Shown: piece after piece, positions 25,408 to 36,804 of the stretch
Position numbering within the stretch: the stretch's first letter is position 1
Layout of the letters: each line of letters begins with the position of its first letter
Assembly (NCBI GenBank): GCA_051362555.1
Contig: CM120647.1
Span: 10,950,651-11,014,650, forward strand
Length of the DNA stretch: 64,000 nt
Source: Lingula anatina
Taxonomy: Eukaryota > Animalia > Brachiopoda
Reading direction: 5' to 3'
Position numbers and translations under genes: made by a program
Notes under the pieces: model-generated
What the model was told of the DNA's origin: nothing
The model's database searches: none
Seen by the model: the letters and a program-made list of their open reading frames with translations, nothing else

Positions 25408-28091
25408 CTAAAAAAGAAAATAATAATAATAAAATAATAAAAAAGAAAACAAACACCTTCTATGGAGCTGTTGCTTCTATGTTGTGTTTGAACGTCAATT
25501 TTATGTTGATTAAATTTTTGAAAATGCCACTCTGGGTGCTTGTTCATTAAATATGTTCAGCTGACTAAAACTGTGCCTAAGTACACCATTTGCTCTGCAC
25601 CCAGGTAAGTGTTTCATTACCGGTAGATGCGCAATATGTTCAGAACAGCAACCTCGAGCCATTTATTCTCCGTGGTATAAATAATGCAGCAACGGAAATG
25701 CCAACTCGGCGGCTGGTATATGTTGAAGCATCTGGCAGAACATAACATATCAGCTCCCATAACTATTCGAGTGAATGATTACATTCCTGTTTCCGCAAAT
25801 CAATCATTGTATATGTAACATTATCTATATAGCATGTAATATTCAAGCCTGTTGCGTTGGTATGGTTAATAATCATATAAAACATATGGATGTCACATGA
25901 AACATTACATAAGATACTGTTCATGTGAATTTTGCTTATTAAGTGTATACCACCTATTGCCTAAAAGTGTATATGGTTTACCAGTGCTATATCCTAATGA
26001 GAAAAAGGCGTACATACACTAAACGCACGATACCTTCCGATGGGAAAAGTTCATAGAGTCATAAACATTGAGAACATATCCAAACTCAGTTACAGGTTTC
26101 TTGCTCATATAAATCTCAAGATTAGCAATTAAGTTCAACACGAGGTTGAGTTTTTTTTGCACTCTGCTGTCTATGAACATCCTTTGTAAAGTCATTTTAG
26201 TAACACATGAGCGTTAGAATGAAATAAGATTAGTCAATATAGGCGATGATCAGAGTAGGCCTCTCAATCCCAATAATTAGGTATTGTCGTGCTTTTAAAT
26301 CTGAAAAAAAAGGGCGTCACTGCTCAACCAACAGTTAAGTATATATTATAATGTACACCGAAATCTAACTAACAGAAACACAATATTATCATGAGCTCTT
26401 TAATATATTGTATATGAATGGACACCGTCAACGAGGCGATACCATAATGGCTCATACACAATGCAAAGGATAAACAAAAACATGAAGCTTCTGCCAGGGT
26501 CGCCCTTTATTGCAACCAAGCCGAGAATTTCATTCCTATCTCTATATCTTAAAAGATGTTGCCAGGAAAATGCATTCCTCACTACCTAATAACCAACTCA
26601 TTAGATCCATTTACCACTCTCGAGGTGTTAATCAATTCCACGGGAAATTGTACCCTCCAGAAACGCAATATGTCCCCCGAAAACAATTATCCACTCCACA
26701 AACAGGTGCACGCTTTCCAATAACGTACCACTAGACAGTGTGGTGTTTTATCAGGCTCTCACGCGCCGCGAAAGGAACTGCCGCGAGTTTATTAATCACT
26801 GGGTCAATTTTATTTATCTATTCTCTTTTTAATATAAGGATTCGTTAATATCTTATGTGCGCCTGAATTAAAAGCAGGCGTATAAATGTCAGGTGTTGTT
26901 TAAGCGAAATAGGTAGCCTCCCAGCTGTTCAAGACTTGTTTAACCAAGTTCCATTCGGTAGATTGGATGCTTCGACAGGTGAGCTACAGCTGAGAGAATA
27001 TTAATGCCGTGATTAGCGACCACTATGTTTAGTCTATTCTGGTGAGAGACGCAAGCGTGTGCTGGTCTGGTTTTAGCTACACACCTTAAGCTCGAGAGAT
27101 GGTTCTCTTTACTGAAATTATGTTAGTCAGAGTAAGACATTTTGAATAACAAAAAACTGCCTGTTTTTCTGGAAATGGAATTGTTAAGCCTTTACTGAAA
27201 ATTGGCGTTACACCAGCTTTTATAAGAAAAATAGAAAAAAATCAGTCGTACAACAGAAAACAAATAAAATCTTAACTCAATGAAAATAATTGATATAAGG
27301 AAAATTAAAGAAAAACACAAAATGGACCAGACAAAGACTAAAACGGAAAGAAAGAAAAAATCAAATAGAAATAAATAAAATATTGAGTTAACAAGTAGGT
27401 AATTAACCACTACTTCATTTGTCGATAATTTTGCCAATTAATCCCGAGACTTCAATAAGTAATAGATGACTAACGTCACTCCCTATCTACTTTAGGCATA
27501 TATGAATCGACGAACCGTGTCCGTAGATATGGAGGCACGGCTGGGAGCATAGGAATGTTAAAACAGCACGAACCTGGCCAGCCATAACTCAATGTTTGCT
27601 TTAAGCTTGTTATTTAAGTCTTCGGTATTATTGCCAATATATAACGCCCAGAGTAAATATCATCCGTTATTCTTATGGAGCTATGAAACTGCAAAAAATC
27701 ACTCGCGACCTTTATTTTCTGGGTTATTCTGTGCTTTGTATTATCCATGTATTTCATTGATTAAACGTGTTTTGACAGATTTTATTCATATTTCTGATCC
27801 TTTGTTAAAAGTACCATTTAGCCGGTGCGCTGTATACATGAGATGGGAGGCACTCAATAGAAAAGCATGCTCATGATCAATTCTGTATTGGTGTTATACA
27901 ATGCTGCTCTAAGTCAACTATGAAGTGTTGGCCTTAGTCAAGGATAAAATGACTATAAGTTTCGCTGCTGGCTTTCCCACACTCTCTCAATATAATCCGG
28001 TCTCTTTTCAAACTGCCATACTGGGAACGAAATGGGGATTAATTTTTTCGGTCTGTTTGGAATCTGCAGAACGTCTGCCCTTATGCTTTGG

Positions 28092-28152
<61 letters not shown>

Positions 28153-29286
28153 GGTTCGTGTACTTGCTATGAATTCAATGACCTAGCAGTTACATAATAC
28201 TATTAAAAACAAATATTAATCATCAATGAATATTATATGTACCTATTCAACTTGAAAACGATTTACAGACTCCCTACGGGCGATCCGTATAGCAATAAAC
28301 TGTGCCGTCAAAGCTAATATTACAAAGTTCCTCAATGTGCAGGACTGGTGAAGTCCTGTGGCAGTTACATATGCTACGAGCGTATAAAACTTCATTCACG
28401 GCTGGACATTCTGATCTGCTGTTTACACGAGCACCTTGCACGCTTGCTACACGTGTGGCAGTGCCGCGTAACCAGCTGTATGTACACGGATTAAGATGGA
28501 ATATTGTGACTTTGACATAAAAAGGATCGTCCCATGTATATACATCATGCATGGGATCTTTGGCGTCCAGACCCAAATAGTCTAGATTTCCGTATGATAG
28601 ATGGATGACACATATAACAAGATACTGCAGTAATTAATCAACACTGGAGAAAAGACTACAGAAATCTCAAAGAGAAAATAAGCTCAGTTCTTAAAGATTT
28701 CCTTTACGGGATTTTCGCGTTAAATGTAATTTCCCTTGAGAAAAATGACATATTCTGCTACTTTGAAACCATTGCTCGGCCTATTCCTGCACTTGGATTC
28801 GAAATTTTATACCATTCCTAATTAAATAATTTAGTTTAAAATGTCTGACCAGTCTTCTTGACATTTCGAAAGGAAATACGGACATCACGTTCCTTTTATT
28901 TGAGGGGTTTGATCATTTTTAAGGCCTCATTTGGGACACATAAGTTGCTTTGCAAGATATTAAGACAAAAATACGACTTCGTGACCTTTCGAAATTCGCA
29001 TAGTATCCTTTCATATTATATCAAAATAAAGTGCATGAACCCTAGGCATGAGAAGCGATTCCATCCTCCAATATGTGACAACAAAAATTTTACCATGATC
29101 GAGTAAAAGGACAACTCCGTTTCGAAGCTTTTATACAGCACTTAGCTGCCCACTTAGGCGTTCAGTTCAGTGTGGCTATAACGTACATTAACCAAGAGTA
29201 ACCGCCATAAAATCGTTATTAAATGACCGATAGGCATCGAAGCTTGGTACTGATATTACTGTATTTACGTGCATTAATTTTGACAC

Positions 29287-29326
<40 letters not shown>

Positions 29327-32300
29327 TTCACACACACACAATGAGAGTGCGGTTATATTGAAAAAAAAAAACGTATTAGCTGATTACTTCCTGAATCATA
29401 TCGGCATAAAAGGCAAATAATCCATTTCTGAAACACACGGAGCAACGTCAGTGCATTGTGCCTTTCAAAAGTTCACGAGTCCCGGGAATAGCTCTCGCCT
29501 TTTGGGGTTTTGTAAATACGTGTTGCACAACGCCAGGTATCTCCAACTATCCATCATTAGTCTTAAATCGGGTTCCGCGATGCTAAACATAAGTGAGGAA
29601 CACACGGTATAACCATACTCCCTGCGGCCAATCAAGACCAAGTCTACATTTGTACTAGGACCCAGTGTATTGGATCCCAGATTAATGTGAGTTTTCAAGC
29701 TCTCAGGTGGATCCCCATCCACTACATGTAATATCAGTGTATAATAATAAACTTCACACGCCTGAGGGGGTTTGGTGTGCAATAACAAAGACACAGTTTC
29801 GAGACGTTCAATGAGAGCAGGTTTCGAAACATTGCATTAATGGCCATTTGTCACTTGGTTCCTGAACAAATCAATTTGCGAAAGCATTGATATTAAGATA
29901 TACTGTGACCGACTTCACGTCATTTCACTTCCAATTTATCTGATACTGAACTCAAATGCTTTTGAGTGTGACTTCGTACAATGATAACAAGCCTACGGAC
30001 ACGGCATCAATATTGCAACTGTCATTGTGATTTGAAGAGAGATTAATATGAAGCTAGCTGTGACCGTGAGATAAAGGAGCTTACAAGAGGTGGGAACAAT
30101 GCAGGTGTCCGTCCTTGTCTTTATTATACCTGGACAAGATTCCAAGATTCTATGAGATTCTACAAGATTCTGAGATCTCTGCCTTATTCTTCAAATGACA
30201 CCTATTGACTTTAAACACAGCGATAACAATAGTTTCAGGATCTAAACAATGTGTCTTACGGATAGCACAGCTGAGATCACCACTGACTAACATCTAGCCT
30301 TCCCCATCTCATGTTACTCTTGGGTTCCTTACGTGCGAGGTAGAATAATAGTTTCAGGATCGAAACTGTGTTTACGAAAAGATGATGAGGTTGAACTAAC
30401 AGTTTTAATAAAACCTGACTATTCCCGAGCGATTAAAGAGAGAGAGAGATTGATTGATTGATTGAGGGAGAGGCAGACTGTTAAAGACAATGAAAGTTGA
30501 AGGTTTGATAAGATTTTCAACATTGGATTCGTATTGTTGGAAATGTGTGCGTTAGTTAGTTACGTTACGTTTATTAGATATACAAAATTCGAATAACCTC
30601 GATGTCATGAAATTGCCAAACGTCCAATCTTTAAATCGAAGATAAATAATGTACTCATAATGTAGGCCCTATGTATCTACCTGGAACTAGAACCATATCT
30701 ATACACTAATGTATATGTGTTTGTGGCGGAGGGGTGGGGGGGGGGGGGGAGGTGACAGGTAATATGAACACTGGTCGAAGAATCAAGCTTAGAATACATA
30801 TTGTTTCTTCACTATGTACTGGAACTGTACACATTTACCAGTCCAATATACCGTCTGTTGAATCACTATTTCTAGCTAACAGCTTCTTTAAGTGGGCACT
30901 CGGTGCTTGGACACAGAATAGAGCACACCGGATTAATGGCACAATTCTTAATGCTTCTTCAAGTTGACGTTATTGAACGAAATAATGTATACCCTAAATT
31001 AGCCAATATCAAAGAGCAGTGAAGGATATTCATAAAGAACGAAGGTGTAATGGTTTTAACCTGTTTGTTCTGTATGAATACAGTGTTGGCTCTCTTTTCC
31101 TGTATCGGTGGCTAATTGATTGATATTGGCAAATTGCACACACTTGTTCAACTTTACTTTTTCAGAAAACTTACTGTTAGCCTAGGCTATTGGCACCTTG
31201 CCATTGCTTCAACCAAACAAGATGGAGGCAGAATATTAGGTTAGATGAATGAAATCGCGGTAAAGATTTAAACATTTTTTAAACATGAAACGAAATAATT
31301 GCAATAAAATTAACAAGAAAAGAAATAAATACTGAAATATTCACAAAGTGGTAAACGGGTACTCACCTCCTGCGTTAGTCGTTTGGTTTCTTTTTCTGAC
31401 AGCAACAACCTGTTGGCGTATTCTCGTATCTGCTCTCGGTATTTCTCGTTCTCTTCCTCATATCTCGTTCGTCTCTCCTCAACCAGTTCAAGTTCCTCGT
31501 TGAGGCGAATTGAAACTTCCTTCGCACAGTTCAACTCCTCCTCAAGTTCCCGGATGTGTTGTAAATCCTCCGCACTCTGATACTGACTCTCTAACGAACG
31601 TATACGCTCCTCGTACATCTGTTTATCAGCCTCGATCTGGTCATTCTTACGCTCCGACTTTCGCAGCTTGAACTGCAGGATGCGGCAATTTTTGGCGGCA
31701 ATTTCGAGTTCTCGTTGTAACTCCTGTAATTCGACGGACTCCTCCTCACGGAACTGGTCGTGAATCTCGTCCATTTCCATTTTCATCTCCTCCATTTCCT
31801 CCTTCAATATGGCGTTCTCCTCTCTGAGTTTACTGACCTCTGTGTCGCCATCACTTCCCGTATTCTTGGCCGCCATTTCGCTGTACTTCGTTTCCAATTC
31901 CTGTAGTTTTTCTGTCAGCTCCTTGTTACTCCTTTCCAGATTTGAACTGAGCTCTTCGGCGGATTTTATACGACCATTAAGGGAGTCTATATCCTTTTGT
32001 AATTCAGCAATTTGTTTAGTGTGTTTAGCTTTTTCGCTAGACCGCTCTTCTTCTACTTTTTTCGTAGAATCTGTTGCAGCTTTAAGCTGCTGTTTTAGTT
32101 TTATTACCTCTTGATTGTGTTTCTTATTTTCTTCTTGTGCTTCTTTCAGAGATTTATCAATTCTTTCTTTTTCTTTTTCTGCGCGGTTCTTTGCCTCATC
32201 TGTGGCAGTTTTAAGTTGCGATGTAAGAGCAGATATTTCGTTCTTAAGTTTTTTCACTTCGAGTGATTCCTTCTCGGCCTGTAACTTTTTCTGTGAATTT

Positions 32301-34267
32301 TCCGATGTTTTTAGCTGAATTTCTGCGGATTTTAGCTGAATGTGTAGCTCGTCTACTTCCTTTTGGAGTTTCCGCTTGTCATCTTGTAAAACACGGGACG
32401 ACTCGCAAAGTTTTTCCTTTTCCTTCTCTGTTTTTTTCTTGTCTTCTTCAGCGGCCGTCAATTTACGTTCATGTTCTTCTCCTTCCTTTTTAAGTCGCTT
32501 TGTTTCCTCCTCCAATTCGCCAACGGTGACAAGATATTCTTTCTCCGCTTTTTTCTTTGAATCCTCAGCTTGTTTGATCTGATTTTGTAAGTCTTCTACG
32601 AGCTTCTTTTGTTTTGTAGACTCTTCTCGTGCTTGTGTGTCGGCAACTTGGCGCTCCTTTTCAATCTTTTTCTTTGAATCTTCTGTTATTTTTAATTGAG
32701 ACTTAAACTTTTCAACGTCTTTCTTCAGCGTCTTGTTTTCTTCCTCCAACTTCTTAAGAGCGTCGGATGGTGGCGGGGGATCTGTTTGAGACGCCGCCGC
32801 CTTTGTTTCATGATGTACCTTCTCGGTTGATATCCGTTCTGTTTTAGTAATTTGCTTTTGATTTTCGAGGACAGTTTTTGGTGACGATGGCGATTTCTTG
32901 CCCAGTTTATCTTGACCTGTCGTTTTAGCTGCAGGGCGACCCTTCACAGGCGATTCCAAAGACCTGTCAGGAGATTTCCGTAGCAACTGCTGCCCAAACG
33001 GTTTCACTGATAGCGTGTCCTTGGGAGACTCGGGTGTTTTCGTACCACTGCTACCGGTTAATTTCTTGCCGTTTTTATCCTTCTCAGTTGTTGTTGTTGT
33101 CGATGATTTAGTATCTGGCGCTTTCTTGGCACCGTTAGAGATACCCTGGCCGTTAACGGCTTTCGTTTCAGGTGTGGTCTTCTCCTTTGAAGATTTACGT
33201 AAACCGAAGGACGGAACGCGCTCGACTTTGCCTCCCCTGGGGAGTTCTCCCGGAAACCTATCTCCCTTAATTAGTCCCTTCGAAGCACCTTCTTCCACGG
33301 GACTTTTCTTTCCTATCCCGGGAGAAGGCGTCCCTCCTTCCTTGAGGCTGGAGGAACCAGGCGACCGGTCCTCACTTTGCGCGAGAGACGGCCATGTTGT
33401 GTTTGCGACACCTGCCCTACCCGCAGCAGTGGCAGACGATAGCGGTGGTTTCGACGGAGAATCAGAGGATTTATCTTTAGTGAATCCACTGGTATGTGCC
33501 TTCAGCTCAGATTTCCTCTCCGTTTCAGAAATAGGTTTACCCTTTGCGTCTAGTTTACTTTTTCCAGCACCTCCCGGAACGCTTGCTTTGCCCGCAGTTA
33601 TTAATTGACCGGGACCTGCTGGTACACCTGTGGCTGCGGATCCTTTACTTCCTGCTGGCATGATGCTGCTCTCACCTGTCCGCGCGTTATTAATACCACG
33701 AAACAGTTTTAACTTGTCCCGGAAGGACTTTGGACTCTCACCCGGAGATGTATCACCGTCGTCTTTGTCGTCCGCTTCTGAATCTCCATGTAATTTCTCT
33801 GAATCTTTGACATCGTTTTGTTTACCTGTTGCCGCGGTAGGTGTCGCGTTTTCCTGTTTGTCACCAGCGGCTTTATTTGCGTCAGGTGTGATTTTTTTAA
33901 AGCGTTCCAAGCGGGCCGCGACGGCGCCAGCTGTCCCTTTCACCTTTGGCTTAGCGTCTCCCGCTGTTGTCGCAGCGTCCTTGTTAGAGTCATCCTTTTT
34001 ATCGGTTTCCAATAGCTTCGTGAATCCTCTCCTCTGAACTATAGACTGAACTGATTTCCCGACGTCCTTCGTCGAATCTGCCGCTTTTCCATCTTTTCCA
34101 GCCGCCACCTCGGCCTGCTGTTGTTTAGCGTGCTTCTCGGCCTCTTGCCTTTCATGTTCTTCTTTTGTTAAAAAGCAGTTTCTGCAGATGTGTGGCTTCC
34201 ACGCTGACGGCTCGAAACCCTCGCACGGCTCAAAGTCTTCTAACTCGTCCTCCGATGAACTCATCAT
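1..34267 (-). CDS. SOGA: SOGA/MTCL1-family large coiled-coil protein, multi-exon gene span (3' end beyond window)
   Basis: Family-level recognition from ELQRELEIAAKNCRILQFKLRKSERK and repeated SOGA-type motifs (LREQLRFTEEEVKVLRKKL; LQMEVAEQEAKILRKKLQDVQQENENL). Exons join in frame through GT-AG introns: 34267-31367, 23027-22929, 17665-16435, 15619-15394, 14281-14122, 13737-13564, 11886-11773, 7801-7658, 7009-6908, 6400-5657, (5222-5178), 5103-4942, 2104-2031, 1592-470, 46-1. Confidence 0.85.
470..1592 (-). CDS. SOGA: SOGA-like Ser/Pro/Thr-rich disordered exon
   Basis: ttattgcAG acceptor phase 2, in frame with ORF 437-1525; TTG|GTAAGC donor. Confidence 0.85.
2031..2104 (-). CDS. SOGA: SOGA-like exon (AFSQISRL...GLR)
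   Basis: ttgttttcAG acceptor, CG|GTCAGT donor phase 2, matching the next exon. Confidence 0.75.
2365..4025 (-). mobile_element. Tc1/mariner DNA transposon, full length with decayed transposase
   Basis: 28-bp TIR CAGACTTGACATTTAATATGGAATATTT at both ends with TA flanks; frameshifted transposase remnants (TDIARQI HTH-like, FSNE, LPWSSKSPYLN resembling WPxxSPDLN). Confidence 0.9.
4942..5103 (-). CDS. SOGA: SOGA-like exon (CVRLNEIARLLE...)
   Basis: ttttccaccAG acceptor, GGG|GTAAGT donor. Confidence 0.8.
5178..5222 (-). CDS. possible 45-nt cassette exon (RGVCLLPQRQRLLSA)
   Basis: tttttattactAG ... GCA|GTAAGC, frame-preserving; not required for the model. Confidence 0.35.
5657..6400 (-). CDS. 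SOGA: SOGA-like K/E-rich coiled-coil exon
   Basis: ttttcAG acceptor, GAG|GTATAT donor, 248 codons. Confidence 0.85.
6908..7009 (-). CDS. SOGA: SOGA-like exon (NDSRSTIENEIK...)
   Basis: ttttctAG acceptor, AAG|GTATTG donor, 102 nt open. Confidence 0.85.
7217..7666. repeat. 21-bp minisatellite (about 21 units, two alternating variants giving a 42-bp higher order)
   Basis: ACTGTCAACACCCACCTGTCC / ACTGTCAACACCCACTTGCAT units; degenerate units extend to about 7120. Confidence 0.97.
7658..7801 (-). CDS. SOGA: SOGA-like exon (LRDGRG...WSSGQ); donor lies in first unit of a 21-bp array
   Basis: tttttcAG acceptor, CAG|GTGGGT donor, phase 0/0. Confidence 0.8.
8630..8864 (-). mobile_element. small HINE-like element nested inside the larger one
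   Basis: ACTAGAAAAGCACTC-hairpin-ACCTCTGCCAAGG at one end, AACCTCCTTAGCAGAG...GAGGTAAA at the other; related terminus at 51789-51827. Confidence 0.55.
8912..8968. repeat. (TA)n microsatellite
   Basis: Read directly. Confidence 0.95.
9440..10590. repeat. 337-bp tandem repeat, about 3.4 copies
   Basis: GCAAAGGTCT...CATGGAACTTCAAAGTCACA at 9871, 10208 and 10545. Confidence 0.9.
10994..11457. repeat. 161-bp tandem repeat, about 3 copies
   Basis: GTGAAAAAA(A)CAGCATAACT at 10996, 11157 and 11318. Confidence 0.9.
11773..11886 (-). CDS. SOGA: SOGA-like exon (LQQCQQKLFRATNR...)
   Basis: ttcAG acceptor, GAG|GTAAAT donor, 114 nt open. Confidence 0.85.
12062..12290. mobile_element. palindromic MITE, family B (left end truncated)
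   Basis: Internal inverted repeats; colinear with 48009-48223. Confidence 0.7.
13564..13737 (-). CDS. SOGA: SOGA-like exon (RAFKKRVESLERLL...)
   Basis: tttccAG acceptor, GAG|GTAGGG donor, phase 0/0. Confidence 0.85.
14122..14281 (-). CDS. SOGA: SOGA-like Ser-rich exon
   Basis: cattttAG acceptor phase 2, GAT|GTGAGT donor phase 0. Confidence 0.85.
15136..15389. mobile_element. PIF/Harbinger-type MITE, family A
   Basis: Long TIR GGGACCGTTCACAATGGATT(T/C)TGTCGACCTAG; TTA target duplication on both sides. Confidence 0.9.
15394..15619 (-). CDS. SOGA: SOGA-like exon (EDLQIIIKAKD...DEIDG)
   Basis: ttttgcAG acceptor phase 1, GG|GTAAG donor phase 2; coiled-coil translation. Confidence 0.85.
16435..17665 (-). 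CDS. SOGA: SOGA-like exon with four SOGA-type coiled-coil repeats
   Basis: 435-aa ORF; ttttcAG acceptor, G|GTAAGA donor, phase 1. Confidence 0.9.
22235..22457. mobile_element. degenerate family A-related MITE
   Basis: Shares GCTAATGTGCAC..ACTCCACGG and GAGAGTCCCC..GGAGTTAG with family A. Confidence 0.6.
22731..22871. mobile_element. 141-bp Mutator/foldback-type MITE
   Basis: 9-bp TSD GGATCACAG (22722-22730, 22872-22880); TIR containing ATAGTCCGAAGGTTCATTGGTCCGAA; subunit repeated internally. Confidence 0.85.
22929..23027 (-). CDS. SOGA: SOGA-like exon (LAAYKSPG...PPPEPKR)
   Basis: ctttgcattatAG acceptor, CGG|GTAAGT donor, 99 nt open, phase 0/0. Confidence 0.75.
23754..24009. mobile_element. 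PIF/Harbinger-type MITE, family A, second copy
   Basis: GGGGCCGTT...GCGGCCCC termini, colinear with 15136-15389. Confidence 0.85.
24915..25200. repeat. degenerate AT-rich minisatellite
   Basis: Recurring TATGATAATACAAC..ATATAC cores. Confidence 0.55.
28093..28151. repeat. (TAA)n microsatellite
   Basis: Read directly; similar tracts near 52862, 54364 and 58735. Confidence 0.95.
31367..34267 (-). CDS. SOGA: SOGA-like first coding exon (Cys/His motif, low-complexity linker, coiled coil, SOGA N-terminal signature)
   Basis: 2.9-kb ORF; first ATG at 34267; donor GAG|GTGAGT at 31366, phase 0. Confidence 0.9.
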
Positions 34268-36708
34268 CACGAAGCCGTACGTACGGTTATTAAATGCCTC
34301 CCAATATCGATCGTAGTAATTCCAGCGGCTGTTTGTGTGTATGTGTGTTTGTATGTATACGGTCTCACTACGCGCCGGGATATCTCACTGTCTTCCGTGT
34401 TATCATGGGAGACTTAACATACACTGACCGATTTAATTGCTCTTGGTCAGCCACGTACACGTTTAAATGAAGAAAAAACTGCTTAAATAATGTCGAAAAA
34501 CAACAGGAAAGCAGCCTCCAATACTTCTAAAGTTTACAGCGATCCGTCCCTAAACGTAGCCTCCTGGAGAAAAATGATTAAATCCAACAGCGAATATTAG
34601 GCAAATCCGTGCTTATGGGTGAGGCTTAGCGAGTGTACATCTTTATCCTCTGGACTATTTCAATCTTATGCGTAACGGCTTTCTCATATACCCGCACCTT
34701 CCCACTATTCACCGTGCCAAATACTGTGAATCAGCCCAATATTATCAACACTTGAAGTCTGTCTCGAATTTTCCGCGCGCTGCCGAATCTGTGCTGATAG
34801 CAAACTTAATAGTTCCCCTGCCGACCATTGTTTTCTCTAGGCCAGGTGAGAAAAGGCGGCCTGCACGTCCACCTGAGCGTTCCAGTGCACAAGTTTACAA
34901 CACATCTCAGGCACTTGGTTGCCTCTCCTTCCCCATTGCTCTCTCTCACCGCGGTCGTTACTTTCACTCAAACTATGCCTGTAATCCCAGACACTTGGAA
35001 TACACCTTCCCGCGGCACCTGACGCTGAAGCTGCTATATGTAACGTGATATCCCCCGTGCTTTCTTGTTTTGGAGGTCACGGCAGCTGGGTATGGGGGTG
35101 GTAATAAGGCATTGGTCACTCAGTGCTTTCTTTTTATCACAAGGAAACTGTGGGGGGTTTGAAACGTTTTATTTAGTTTGCTCCCTCCCCTTTTTGTTTA
35201 TAATTTGTCTGTGATTCGCGTTCCTATGTGTATGCAGTTTCAGAAATGAGAAATGGGCGGATTCGGCGCCTGGAAGGCACCTGGCAAGTCGTCTGCTGTA
35301 ATAACACGCAGGTGATTAATTGCATGCACCGTTCACGCCGTAGAAACGTCTACAAAAGTATCATCTGAGTAGAAGCCGTACATATCTTAAGGGTCATTGC
35401 TTCGCGGGTGCCCTGGGCGTTTGTTTCGCGCTGGACTCCGTGACCCCTCTGACAAACTGTTTCACCTTTCAGTCCCTCTCCGCGTTCCACCTTCCACCAC
35501 ACGTAACTTGATGGGTTTCCAGAGAGCGCGTTGCCCGCGTGGAGATAACTTTACCTTGGTTTCAGACGGAATTGGGTCATCTTTCCGTTTCCCCGGAGAA
35601 CGCGAATTTCCAGCACTGGGAGCGTACGCAGCCAACAGGTCACAGAAGGTGTGGAGAAAGTTCATATATAAAAAGATTGTGTTTTTCTCCGTTACAGGTC
35701 GGTAGACCCGCTACGCGACAGCCAGCTCCGCGGGAATAATTCCTAGAAATAGGCCTTGCAGCACCAACAATATTGCTCACCACATTGAACAGTATAAAAA
35801 TCCCTCCTCCTAAGTAAACACGAACGCGGGCCAGAAGATTAGCCGCTCTGGCCATATAGGGAACGCGCCGTGGAGTAACATGATAGCAGACGATGATGAA
35901 AGAAAGCGGCAGACGATTCATACAGGTTAAGAACGCACCAGGAACAATCTCAGAGGAGGAGTGACTAAGAATTACAAAATATGAAGAAATCTCAACCGCA
36001 GCAGTGTTTTATATTCCTCAGTTCAATTTCCGTCAATGGGAAATAAGAGCGAGCGGACTTGGACTTAATTGTACGTGGAGTTTCAATGATGTGGTCACTC
36101 CAACCATTGTGTCCGCAACGTCCATCATCTGCGTGCGTAATGACATTTAATTATGCGAAAGGAACGCTAGCTGGCTCTTTATGTACACCGTGAGATGAAA
36201 TAAGTTTTTTTGTGAAATATATGCCGGAAGGTAAAGGTGCAGAGGATAGCAATTAAGTAGTTTTTTAAGATGAGGATGTCATACACGGGCCACTGGCTTA
36301 ATAAAAATGAACAACCTACAACACAAGTCTTGTATTTGCGTGATATAAAATTAAAAACAAAAAGACAAAAACAGGTGACACGAGAGTGGTGTTATGCATC
36401 TGTTGAACAAACGAAAAAAATAATTAAATTACAGGTACGAATATCGGCACGTTTTTTTGCCCCCCCCGCCCCCTCCCTCATTCTTAAAACGGTACATGAA
36501 AGCCGAGAATATTGCGATGAATAATAGAATAGCTCTCTTCCCTTGGGGAGAACACGAAGTTGATTGATTTCATTTGCAGTAAATGTAGTATATCCATAAT
36601 TCAAGATTTCTAGCTAAAGGAATTAAGCTGTAACATGAATATACCAGTACTATCAAGAATGCACGTGCTACTCTAGTTTGCCGCTATCAACGTGACAGTT
36701 TCTCCTCG

Positions 36709-36804
36709 TTCTGGATGACGTCAGTGTCTGTGTCCTAATTCTACATGACGACAATCTAAGAGTCTTCAATATACATGACGTCAGTCTAAGAGTCCTTATT
36801 CTAC
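36709..36804. repeat. 30-bp tandem repeat x3 containing CRE-type TGACGTCA sites
   Basis: TGACGTCA 36716, TGACGACA 36746, TGACGTCA 36776. Confidence 0.7.

Noticed and set aside
27925-28197. ORFs with poly-Ile, poly-Asn or HT/CV runs (also 8806, 49449 tail, 52770, 58716)
   Set aside because: These runs are translations of microsatellites.
31383-34037. Plus-strand Ser/Phe/Leu-rich ORFs (also 687-1034, 5667-5930, 16842-17216)
   Set aside because: These are antisense shadows of the minus-strand coding exons.
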